Source: Octopus sinensis
Lineage: Eukaryota
DNA length: 64,000 nucleotides
Assembly: GCF_006345805.1 (NCBI RefSeq)
Contig: NC_043001.1
Span: 21,142,001-21,206,000 of the forward strand
Reading direction: 5' to 3'
Below the pieces are notes generated by a model that was not told the origin of the DNA, made no database searches, and saw only the letters and a program-made list of their open reading frames with translations. Shown here piece by piece: positions 49,445 to 60,025 of this stretch. Made by a program: the position numbers and the translations under genes. Every line of letters begins with the position of its first letter. Positions within the stretch are counted from its first letter, which is position 1.

Positions 49445-51949
49445 ATATAATTTAATAAGGGTAGAAATTGATATTAATCAATTAAAACCAGTGGCCTAGC
49501 ATATTAAAAAATCCGAAGATTAAAATATTTTTTACATACAAAATTTAAAGGACTGACCACTAGCATGTTGACCGTCCACTTTTGGTGGTCAGTCCTCTAA
49601 ATTTTGTAAATATATATACTCTTTTCTCTTTTACTTGTTTCAGTCATTTGACTGCGGCCATGCTGGAGCACCACCTTTAGTCGAGCAAATCGGCACCGGG
49701 ACTTATTCTTTGTAAGCCCAGTACTTATTCTATCGGTCTCTTTTTGCCGAACCGCTAAGTGACGGGGATGTAAACACACCAGCATCGGTTGTCAAGCAAT
49801 GCTAGGGGGACAAACACACATATACATATACATATACACGACAGGCTTCTTTCAGTTTCCGTCTACCAAATCCACTCACAAGGCATTGGTCGGCCCGGCG
49901 CTATAACAGAAGACACTTGCCCAAGATGCCACGCAGTAGGACTGAACCCGGAACCATGTGGTTGGTTAGCAAGCTACTTACCACACAGCCACTATATATA
50001 AACATCATTAAAGTAGAAAATAATTATCAGAAAAGCAATTTTTCTTCACTTTTTCACACATGTGGAAAGACAGACATACAAATAGATATATATATAGTTG
50101 AGTACATTTAATTGGAAACAGTCAATAAATCCACTTCGTCGTTAATCTTTCACAAATAAGCCAAAGTTCCTAGAAATAATGTGATATTGTGAAAATTTGC
50201 ATATATTAGAGCCAAACGTGTACTTGCAAGTTGGATTTCATTGGTTGAAGCTCGTCGCATGTTAGGACTTGTCTGAGCTTGCAAAGCCTCTGTCCTTGCG
50301 CTAATTGCGTATTGTAAAGGGAGGCAACTGGGGAGTGTCAAAAGCAATTACTTTGTGAGCTGCAGCTGTTTTAGAGACATTTTCCCATGGGTTGTGATAG
50401 CTAAACGTCTGGGAATTTTAGTTGCATTTCAAGAGGAACTGCCACTAATAGCAATAATTGACAATTTTTCTTATCTGTAGTTAAAAGATTAGGATAATTT
50501 CGGTTTGAACAGCAGTTTTTAAAAATAATTTCCACGTAACTAAACACTTTTAAACTTCGTATACTGGTAGAATGTGTTTATAAAACATCTTTTTCTCTTG
50601 GCTTTATTGAGAAAATTCTATAGTTTGTAAGATATTTGTTGTTTTTTTTCTCCAATTTCAACCAATCAATGACGTTTATTGAGGTGAAAACATTCTGTGC
50701 CGTATGAATATGTCTCTCATTTAAGAAACAGATTGGGTTTATTTACATTTCTGAAGAAAAAAGATACCCTTCCCCATCTCTAACCCTAAAACAGATTGAA
50801 ATGCAATAGATCGATACTAGGGTCATAATTATGGGTGATAATTTCATATGACATGGCTAGAAAAAACTGCCGTTCAAACCAAAAAGATCCCAAAATTATT
50901 GCAGATTGCTTCAAAATCTGGAGATTTTTGTTCAGGAAAGCCTACAGTTTTGTGCCCCTTCAAACCCTCTTATAAAAAATTTCATTACTCTTAACTACGG
51001 AAAGGGGTTTTATATACCAATCAATCTTTTGTTGAGAAATGTCATGATTGAAACTATATTTTGCTGAAATATGTCCAGTTTATTGAGGCAATGTGACTTG
51101 CAAAAAATTCTAATTCTACTTTTGATATATATATATATATCATAAAAGACAGTTGTAAAATGATAGATGTATCATGTATCTGACCAGTAGCATGTATCTG
51201 ACTGATACACTATTCACTTTCCAGGCATTTGTACATTACTGCATATACTTTATATGCACTTTTGACAAGTTGTGATGCACCTGAGCACTGTATACAATAA
51301 GTTCATTATTATTATTATTATTTTATTTTTAAAATCATTAATATTTAACCTTGAAATTTAATTTTGCAGTTGAAAGGTAAAAGTGTAGGTTCATCCTATC
51401 AATAATATTTCATGGTATTGAAGAACATGTCAAATTCAGTTCGGTTGTCACACAGTGGTTGTGTTGTGACTGATATTATTTTTGTCATCATCATTTGTGT
51501 GTTTTCCATGCTGGTAGGGGTTCGGTGGTTTGACAGGATCCAGCAAGCCACAGGGCTGTACCAAACCCCAGTGCCTACTTTGGCATATATTCTACAGTTG
51601 GATATCCCTTCATAACACCAACCACCCTTACAGTGTGTACTGCATGCTTTTTTCCGTGTCACCAGCACTAGTGAGGTTGCAAGGCAGAAAAGAATGGAAA
51701 AGCAAAAAAACCCTTTATGACTAAGTGTGTGTCGGGGGTGGGGTGAATTAGAAAGAGGAAGGTGGCTTTAAATCAGCTGCCGATAGGCTCTTCCTATAGA
51801 AGAAATACCTGGCTACCCTATATTATAAGGGTGTATAGTAGTAATGTGTTCATTAATGGACTTTGTATTGTTTTTTGTTTCAGAAGCTGACATTTCTAGG
51901 GTATTGTCATCTATTATTTTACAGCTGTCTTTTATGATATATATATAGC

Positions 51950-52662
51950 AGAACCAAAATCGAAGTCGATCAACATCAATGGAAATTGCAGCTGTAGTAC
52001 CAGTGCCGGTGACAAGTAAGCGAACCATCCGATCGTGGCCGTTGCCAGCGCCGCACCGACTGGCCTCCATGCTGGTGGCACGTAAAAGCACCATCCGTTC
52101 GTGTCCGTTGCCAGCCTCGCCTGGCCCCTGTGCTGCTGGCATGTAAAAGCACCATCCGTTCGTGGCCGTTGCCAGCCTCGCCTGGCCCCCGTGCCGGTGG
52201 CACGTAAAAAGTATCATCCGTCCATGGCCGTTTGCCAGCTCCGTCTGGCACGTAAAAAGCACCCACTACACTCATGGAGTGGTTGGCATTAGGAAGGGCA
52301 TCCAGCCGTAGAAACACTGCCAGATCAGACTGGGCCTGATGCAGCCTTCTGGCTTCACAGACCCAAGTTGAACCGTCCAACCCATGCTAGCATGGAAAGC
52401 GGACACTAAATGATGATGATGATGATAAAAAGCACCAAATGATCGTGGACGTTGCCAGCCCACTCTGGCCCCTGTGCCAGTGGCACGTAAAAAGCACCCA
52501 CTACACTCACAGAGTGGTTGGCGTTAGGAAGGACATCTAGCTGTAGAAACACTGCCAGATCAGACTGGAGCCTGGTGCAGCCTCCTGGCTTTCCAGACCC
52601 CGGTCGAACCGTCCGACCCATGCTAGCATGGAAAACAGACGTTAAATGATGATGATGATGAT
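51950..52662 (+). mobile_element. Two adjacent copies of (ATG)n-tailed, RTE-tail SINE family D; others approx. 70-530(-), 2345-2580(-), 6557-6745(-), 8095-8410(-), 18218-18800(-), 21110-21450(+), 22972-23258(+), 24100-24335(+), 24350-24900(-), 26345-26680(-), 28060-28411(+), 39510-39712(+), 40990-41415(-), 51485-51680(-), 55366-55570(-)
   Basis: Shared 3' end AAAAGCACCCACTACACTC..GAGTGGTTGGCGTTAGGAAGGGCATCCAGCTGTAGAAAC...CCAACCCATGCTAGCATGGAAAGCGGACGTTAAACGATGATGATG, preceded by a variable number of about 55-60 bp internal repeats. Confidence 0.9.
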
Positions 52663-52671
52663 GAATATATA

Positions 52672-53906
52672 TACGAGGAAGTACCCAAAAGTAGCCGGAA
52701 ATGTTCTCTGTGAGACAAGCCTGTTGTGGTTCAGTCTTCCGCTACTAAAAGCCACCTGATGCAACCCTCGGGCACCAGTCTGCTGACCATCATCGTCGTG
52801 TGAAGTTGTACTGTCACATGGTGTGTCTTTGTTTTTCAGTGCTTCTCCCCCGTTTGTCAATTTTTGCAATGGCTGAAATGAAAGAACAGCGTGCCTCTGT
52901 GAAATTCTGTTTTCTGCTGGGAAAAATGACTGCCAAAACAGTTGTCATACCTCATATAGCTTACAAGGACACTGCTATGAGCAAAACACAAGTTTACAAG
53001 TGATTTTCATGCTTTAGGAATGATCACTTGTTGCTTGAAGACCAACCTCGTTCAGAGTGACTGTCGACCTCCCAAGTGAATGAAGACATCAGGAAAATTC
53101 ATAAACTGATCTTAGAGGACCGTTGCCAAACAATTGATGGATTTGTTGATATGACTGGTGTGTCCTGGAACTCCTGCCAATGAATTTTGAGTGAAGAATT
53201 CCAAGTGAAAAGACTTGCAACAAAATTAGTAGCTTGCCTTCATCATGGAAGGTCAAAAGCAGTCACAACAATGGAAGTATTGAACTGAAAAAACAGCTGG
53301 AAGTTGATCCAGACCTTTTACAAAGGTTATCACTGGTGACAAAAGCTGGAGCTACAGCTACAACCCAGAAATGAAGCAGCAATCAAGTCAATGGAAGCAT
53401 TCGATGTCACCAGGCCCCGCAAAAGCACATCAAGTGAAGTCCAATGTCAAGATGCTGCTGATTAGTTTCATCAATGCAAAAAGGATTGTCCACAAAGAAT
53501 TTGCTCCTCCCGGTCAAACTGTTCCAAAGAACTTAAGGAATCAGGAAACTAGATTTGTGATGGGAAAATGTCATTAACCCTTTAGTTACCAACCCGGCTG
53601 AAACTGGCTCTGGCTCTGTAGTACAAATATTTTGTTTTCAAAAGTTTTGAATTAAAATCTCCCACAAAACCTTAGTCATAATTTATGTTCTTAACACTAG
53701 CTTAATGATAACTAAGTTATTTTACTAAATTCTTTGTTATATTTAAAGTAATTGAAAGAAACATAGAGCATCTCAAAATAAATATGGTAACGAAAGGGTT
53801 AAAGATGAAGATTATATTTTGAATGAATAGATATATTAACGATATGTTTTATGTTGATGTGAACTCACTACATAAAATGTAACATTATTTTTTGGTACCC
53901 CTAATA
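52672..53906 (+). mobile_element. Decayed mariner (Tc1/mariner) transposon, internally deleted, interrupted by a TTAA MITE
   Basis: Broken transposase EQRASVKFCFLLGK..MSKTQVYK..EDQPRS..VITGDKSW.Y.YNPEMKQQSSQWKH..KSNVKMLLISF..IVHKEF.PPGQTV with stops and frameshifts; TA-flanked degenerate TIRs. Confidence 0.85.
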
Positions 53907-54329
53907 TTTCATACAGTATTTTGGAAAACAGCTTTATAGGTGTTTTTAGATTTGTTTTGAACCAAGATTTAGTCACTCTCTAGTAGTATTTATAAGTGTT
54001 GGGAACAAAATAATTTTGCATGATGAACCTAGTTTTACTGGCATTCAAGCTTTGACTATGTTCTTTCCTGGCATATAATACCCCAAATTACTTTATCCAT
54101 TTTAAGTTGGCAGTTTATTATTTAAAGAAGAGTTAGCTACTGGCTGTAGCAAACAAAGAAGCCATGTGGAGGATTCTTTATTGGTCCAATGAATTTTATG
54201 TTACACTCTTAACTATGACACTAATCTTCTCCCAAATATCCTTAATGGGAATCTTGTATGCACTTAACATGTCCTGGTTTTCAAGTAACATAGATAATAC
54301 AAGATAGCATCAGAACTTAACTCCTTTTA

Positions 54330-54700
54330 CGGCGCCACTGCATAGTGCTAAGGACTCCAAATTTGCCATCAAGATGTAGGACAAGATACTGTGATAGCCT
54401 GGGCTTCAGAGGTCCACAGCTCTTCAATATCCTCCCGAAGGACCTGAGAGACCTGCATGGGGTGGATGCAGATGTCTTTAAAATAAAACTGGATCTCTTC
54501 CTGTCAGGTGTCCCAGATGAACCAACTTCACGGCAGGAGGTGCAGATGAGGGCAGCTGCATCGAACTCTCTCATGCACCAAATGGCAATTATTAAAAAGC
54601 ATTTGTGAAGTAAAATCATGTAGCAACACTGAATGGCGGTGCCCCAGCATGGCCACAGCCCGTGAGCTGAAACTAGATAAAATAAAAATAAATAAAATAA
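54330..54700 (+). mobile_element. CR1/L2-group LINE 3' fragment
   Basis: SLGFRGPQLFNILPKDLRDL..DVFKIKLDLFLSGVPDEP..AASNSL, then a tail GGCGGTGCCCCAGCATGGCCACAGC and A-rich repeats. Confidence 0.75.
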
Positions 54701-56169
54701 ATATACCTCACCAGGCCAACAAAAGAGATTGATAGAATAAGTGCTAGGCTTACAAAGAATAAGTCCTGGGGTTGATTTGCTCAACTAAAGGCGGTGCTCC
54801 AGCATGGTCACAGTCAAATGAGTGAAACAAGTAAAAGAGTAAAGAGCAGGTTGAACCAAATAATGTCTCACTTCTAAGATCTACTGTTTTGTGTGGTGTG
54901 TGGCCTACATACTAATTTTTCTATGAAACCACTTTGTGATATCATTATAGAGTATGGCTCAAATATATCTATTTAATTCTTTTGTTAATCTGTCAATGCT
55001 GTGGCCATACATGTTATAGGAGACATCTATACTATTGTCCCAGTATAATTCTATACTGTGAAAGCTTGCTTGGTTTTACATGTAAAGCTTTTTCAAACAT
55101 GGCATTGCTATGTATTTGGAAGCTAAAGGACAACAGAATCCATATCCTTATAAGTTGGAGTATTGTTCAAATGGCACCTCCCTATTCTAACACTAGTCCA
55201 TCATACCATCATAGACCATTGGTCATAAAAATAACTTCTACACAGATACTTGACTGACTGTCAGCACCCTCACATGGCATGTGTGGCAAGTATATGGACT
55301 ATTTTAAAAGAATTCTCTCCTAACACCAACTCCTCCCACTAAGTCAAGCTGCGGACTACCTAACCATCATCATTTCGTTTAACGTCTACTTTCCATGCTA
55401 GCATGGGTTGGACGATTTGACTGAGGACCGGCGAACCAGATGGCTGCACCAGGCTCCAATCTTGATCTGGCAGGGTTTCTACAGCTGGATGCCCTTCCTA
55501 ACGCCAACCACTCAGATAGTGTAGTAGGTGCTTTTACGTGCCACTGGCACAAGGGGAAGTAAGGCAGTATTGACACTAACTAGTATATATGATAAGAAGT
55601 CGCCATGATAGATCGTTAGCCACTACACACATTTTTTCTCTCCTTGTTTTTTTCTGTGTCCCTTTCTGTAGAAGAGCATAGGCTCGAAATGTAAAAGACT
55701 TTTTCTATTCCTGAGCCTTATACTAATACATCTGTTTGTTTTGTACACCACCTGTCTTCATCATTTGTTTTTTTCCTAAACTCTCCCTATATGATAAGAA
55801 CCTAAAAGACACCAACCAAGTCTTTTCATTCATCTGCTTGTTGACTAAAGAATTATACACAGTGTAAGTAATGACGGAGTGAATAATCAGTTTTGAATGA
55901 ATATATATACATTCATTCACACACACATATTTGGTAATCTAAGCCTGAAAGAGATAGGTTTCTATAAGGGGCCTGCAAAACTTGAAGTCACATGGAGCCG
56001 AATCAAACTATTTTAAATAATACATTTAACTCTGGTGCTGAGTGCATTTTTTTCATTTGTACACTCACTTGTATATGTATTTATGCACATACATATATTC
56101 AATAAATATGGTTGCATTTAATTATAAATTCGAGGCTGAATCTTCAGTCTTCACTCCATTGTTTTAATG

Positions 56170-57577
56170 TATAGGGTATTCAGAAAGTAATTGCATTTTT
56201 TCACTACTATGAAATATGAATCAACCAATCATGTCAGAGCCATGATCAAATGGGTGGAACTGTCTAAAAATAGTATTTCATCCTTTCTATCTGGTAGTGT
56301 GTCTTTCATAGTTATTTCAGTAATAAACTCCATGGAGGACAAGAACCTTATGAAACAACATATTCGCCATTGCTTACTGTATGAGTTTCGAAAGAAAAGT
56401 ACTGTTACGGAAGCAATGAAAAACATTTGTGAAGTGTATCCAGAGGCAGTGAAAACTCATACATGTCAGCTGTGGTTTGAAAAGTTTAAAGATGTGATTG
56501 TGACACATCCAACAAGCCTTGCTCTGGAAGACAACCCACTCTAATTGACGTTTTGAATGAGACCATTGTATCAGATCCACATCGAAGCACCAAGATTTAA
56601 TGTGTCATGTTCAACTATCCACAGACATCTCGAGCAAATTTGGGAAATCATGCAAAGAGGGAATTTGGGTTCCACAAGAGTTTACGCTTGAGAACTGTTA
56701 TATCGCAATACTACACAGTGGCTGTATGAGCTACGAAATCCTCGTCATCACTGTTATATCGCACGTCCCGATGACCTCTATTCAACTCCCGATGTCTAGA
56801 CTTCTCCCTCTATATCTACGTATTGGGCTAGTCTACTTCATCATCTGGGGGCGTCCACACAAGAACTGAACACAATCTGCAGCAGCCTTCTAACCAGGAA
56901 TAACGACCTGTCATTTTTGCAGCACACTGTTACAGGTGAAGAAAAATGGGTTTTGCATCATAACAGAAACCGAAAACAACAATGGTTATCATGAATTGAG
57001 AGGCCAGTGCCAACACCAAAACTAGAACTCCATCCATAAAAATCCTTGCTCTGTGTTTGGTGGGACATGAATAGTATCATCCATTATGAGCTTTTGGAAT
57101 ATGGAAGGACCATCAAAGCATATGCCTATTGCCAACAACTTGCTCTTGTAAATAAAGAATTATGTCGAAAGTGGCCATCTTTTGTAAACAGAAAAGGTGT
57201 TATTCTTCACAGCCACACTTTTCAAAACAAACCCAAGAAAAAATAAGATTGTCAGGATGGAAAGTTCTTCCACATCATCCATACTCACCTGACTTAGCAC
57301 CTATGGATTTCCATCTGTTCTGATCACTAGAAGATTTTATAAGAAGCAACATATTCAGAAACAGAGAGGAAGTTGAAATCAGTCTTTCAGACTTTTTTTT
57401 CAGGAAAAAAAAAAGGTTTCTTTGAACATAGCATAAAAAAGTTACTTTCCTGTTGGGCTGCAGTTCTTGAAAACAATGGTGATTACGTTCTTGATTAACC
57501 TATTCAGATAAACATAGTTCATGTTCGTTTTTATATCCTTTCTGGTAAAACACAATTACTTACCACACACCCTAATA
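56170..57577 (+). mobile_element. Decayed mariner transposon, near full length
   Basis: HIRHCLLYEFRK..EAMKNICEVY..CQLWFEKFK, WVPQE, TVTGEEKW, LCVWWDMNSIIHYELL..TIKAYAYCQQL and HHPYSPDLAP-type motifs. TIRs TATAGGGTATTCAGAAAGTAATTG and CAATTACTTACCACACACCCTAATA. Confidence 0.85.
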
Positions 57578-57708
57578 TTTCCCTGTGCAATTACATTTGT
57601 CGAAAACATTTGCAATGAAATGTGTTAGCAACTAAAACTTAAGATTATCAACAGTGAAGTTTCTAGTTTCAGCTTCCAATACAAATATATATAGTATACA
57701 TGTGTTAA

Positions 57709-57741
<33 letters not shown>

Positions 57742-57824
57742 ATAGAAATGAGCAGAGAAGATAGACAGAAAATGTGTGAATATTTACAGTTTAATGTGTT
57801 AAAATAGTGTGTAATCTCTTATTT

Positions 57825-58191
57825 ATCTCTATGTATATAAACGGCAAAATGTTTGCGTGTGTGTCCTTTATACAAATCCACAATTTTTCAGTTAGAGGGC
57901 TCATGCTTTCTATGGTCATTCAAAACCATCCAAGGGTGGTTGTGCACATCTTTACATTTCCCCAGTCACCCCGCAAAGCCATTAAAAAAATTAATAGAAG
58001 TGACATTTTTGCGAATTTTCTATCCAAAACTCAATCAAAATGCCCGAAACTTGATACGCCAATTGAATGCAAGCTAGCTGTATGTGATTGGTCAGAGATT
58101 TGGAGAGTACTTGCATGTATGTGCACACGCACGCAGCTGTATATGCATGCACTAGCACTATGACCTGGTGTTGCCGGGTCATAGTGCTAGT
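57825..58191 (-). mobile_element. Helitron-like element H2; second copy at 25287-25628 (+)
   Basis: The two copies are reverse complements over about 340 bp. The 5' end is a palindrome ACTAGCACTATGACC-N11-GGTCATAGTGCTAGT and the 3' end is TATATA..GAT. Confidence 0.6.
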
Positions 58192-58679
58192 ATATATTAA
58201 ATTCATACCATGTATTCATGTAAACATCCAGTGGACATGAAGTGCAGAAGGAAATGAAATGCTAAAAGCTTAGACCATCCTATTTATCTCCACTTCAAGC
58301 TCACAAAGAATTGTTATATGAGAGAAGAAGAAGAAGATGAGAGAGACAGAGAAACAGAGAGAGAGAGAGAGAAAGAAAGTGGAATGGATAGAATTAATTG
58401 TAAATCCCAAAATGAATGAAAAGACAACAAAAAAATCTGATTAAAAATTACAATAAAATTATACTTAACAAAAAATGTATAAAATTGTAGTGTATCAACA
58501 TGTGTGTATGTTTGTGAGAGAGCATACATATGATGGTAGTTTATTAGTAGGTAGTGAAGTACAGAGTGACTTTATTATTTTAGTGGTAGTAGTCATACAT
58601 TATATAAAATATGACACATCTTAAGTTCAGCAGAAACTTCATTTTCGCTACCTGTCATATAATGTGATTCATTGATAAA

Positions 58680-59870
58680 TTACTGTCTGTGTTCATTGAT
58701 AAAATGTGAAGTGAAACTATAAACATCATGATAAATGTCACCACATAAATTGCACTGCCAAGGGTTTTCAGGGTCGTGAAGGCCCATATGCATCACATAA
58801 AGTGCATTGTCAAAATAAAGGATATTACAATGTGGGCATGTAAAACTTCGACTGTTGCCAATACATTTGTCTGAGACATTTGAACTAGAAACTGTCGCTG
58901 TAGAAGAATGAGAGCTCGTTTCAGCAATGGTACTTGTTACACCAATGTCTTTGATAAAGGGTGAAGTTCTTGAAGCAGGTGATTGGCCACTTTCAAGGGA
59001 TTGTGGAGGTGTTTGACGAATAGGGAGATGATCTTTTGAAAACAAACCAGATGGTTGCAGGGGGAAATATGTAGAAGAAGATTTGGTCAGTCCTGGAACC
59101 GATATGTGATCGGAAGCTGTACTACTCTGAGGAGCAGCAGATACAAGGGATCTATTTGCATGCTCCTGAAAATCAGAAACAGATTGTTTGTTCAATGATG
59201 TGACATTGGAAAGATTCAACATGCTTGCATTGGGAAAGGAATCTTGAACTGATAAACTTTCATCAATAATATAACAGTCATCTTCACTAGTCTCAGATTC
59301 CATTTTCACAGAAGAAATGTTTTTAGAATATTGGACAGATTCATTAGGATAATTTGTATTTGTGGCAGTCAATCGAGATTCGTGTTCATTAACTCCATAC
59401 TGATTAGTTACAAATCGTAAAGAAGAATTATCAATTGATGGTTGGTTGGGGAGTGGTATGAATCCAGATTGGAAAACTTTATGTTTGAAATGCATATGTT
59501 TCTTTAGATCATATTTTCTTTTTGCAGCATAATCACAAAGATCACAGATGAAAGGACGGGCATCGGAATGGACAACACAATGACTTACAATTTTACTACG
59601 GAATGGAGAAGAAAAAGAACAACTCTCACAGTGAAATAACCTACGTTTCTCATCATCCAGTCCACCGACCGGGGTACTGTTATTTCCTTTGTCAATAGCT
59701 GCATCCTCACTTATATCGGACACATTTCCAAGAAATGTCTGTTGTTCGTTATGGACTTGACTGAGATGATGTACCAAATCTGAATGAAACTCTGTAGTGA
59801 ATGAACACTGATCACACTGGAAATGCTTCTCAACATTTGAGTTTTCCATAGAATTAGCAGAATCGTTCAT
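58680..59870 (-). CDS. C2H2 zinc-finger protein, Ikaros/hunchback (Pegasus-like) architecture, about 396 aa from first ATG
   Basis: Single long ORF with three N-terminal C2H2 fingers (CDQC..HLSQVH, CESC..HCVVH, CDLC..HMHFKH), a Ser-rich linker and the terminal pair CPHCNILYFDNALYVMHMGLH / CNLCGDIYHDVYSFTSHFINEH. A splice acceptor (ttattttcacag|) at 59919 opens in the same frame, so the protein may extend into an upstream exon that was not identified. Confidence 0.9.
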   Translation of the reverse strand: MNDSANSMENSNVEKHFQCDQCSFTTEFHSDLVHHLSQVHNEQQTFLGNVSDISEDAAIDKGNNSTPVGGLDDEKRRLFHCESCSFSSPFRSKIVSHCVVHSDARPFICDLCDYAAKRKYDLKKHMHFKHKVFQSGFIPLPNQPSIDNSSLRFVTNQYGVNEHESRLTATNTNYPNESVQYSKNISSVKMESETSEDDCYIIDESLSVQDSFPNASMLNLSNVTSLNKQSVSDFQEHANRSLVSAAPQSSTASDHISVPGLTKSSSTYFPLQPSGLFSKDHLPIRQTPPQSLESGQSPASRTSPFIKDIGVTSTIAETSSHSSTATVSSSNVSDKCIGNSRSFTCPHCNILYFDNALYVMHMGLHDPENPWQCNLCGDIYHDVYSFTSHFINEHRQ

Positions 59871-60025
59871 GATGATAGAATCAACATAAGAAATGGATAT
59901 CAAACCTGCTCCAAAGACCTGTGAAAATAAAATAACATAAAGATAAATAAATAAAACAACAAAAAAATCAGGTGAAAATATTTGAAAATGGTTTTAAAGA
60001 TTTTGTTAATTTGGTAAATATTTCT

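Noticed and set aside
50188-50480. Plus-strand frame open except for in-frame TGA (possible selenoprotein)
   Set aside because: There is a second TGA upstream, no start or splice context, no recognisable selenoprotein motif and no SECIS seen.
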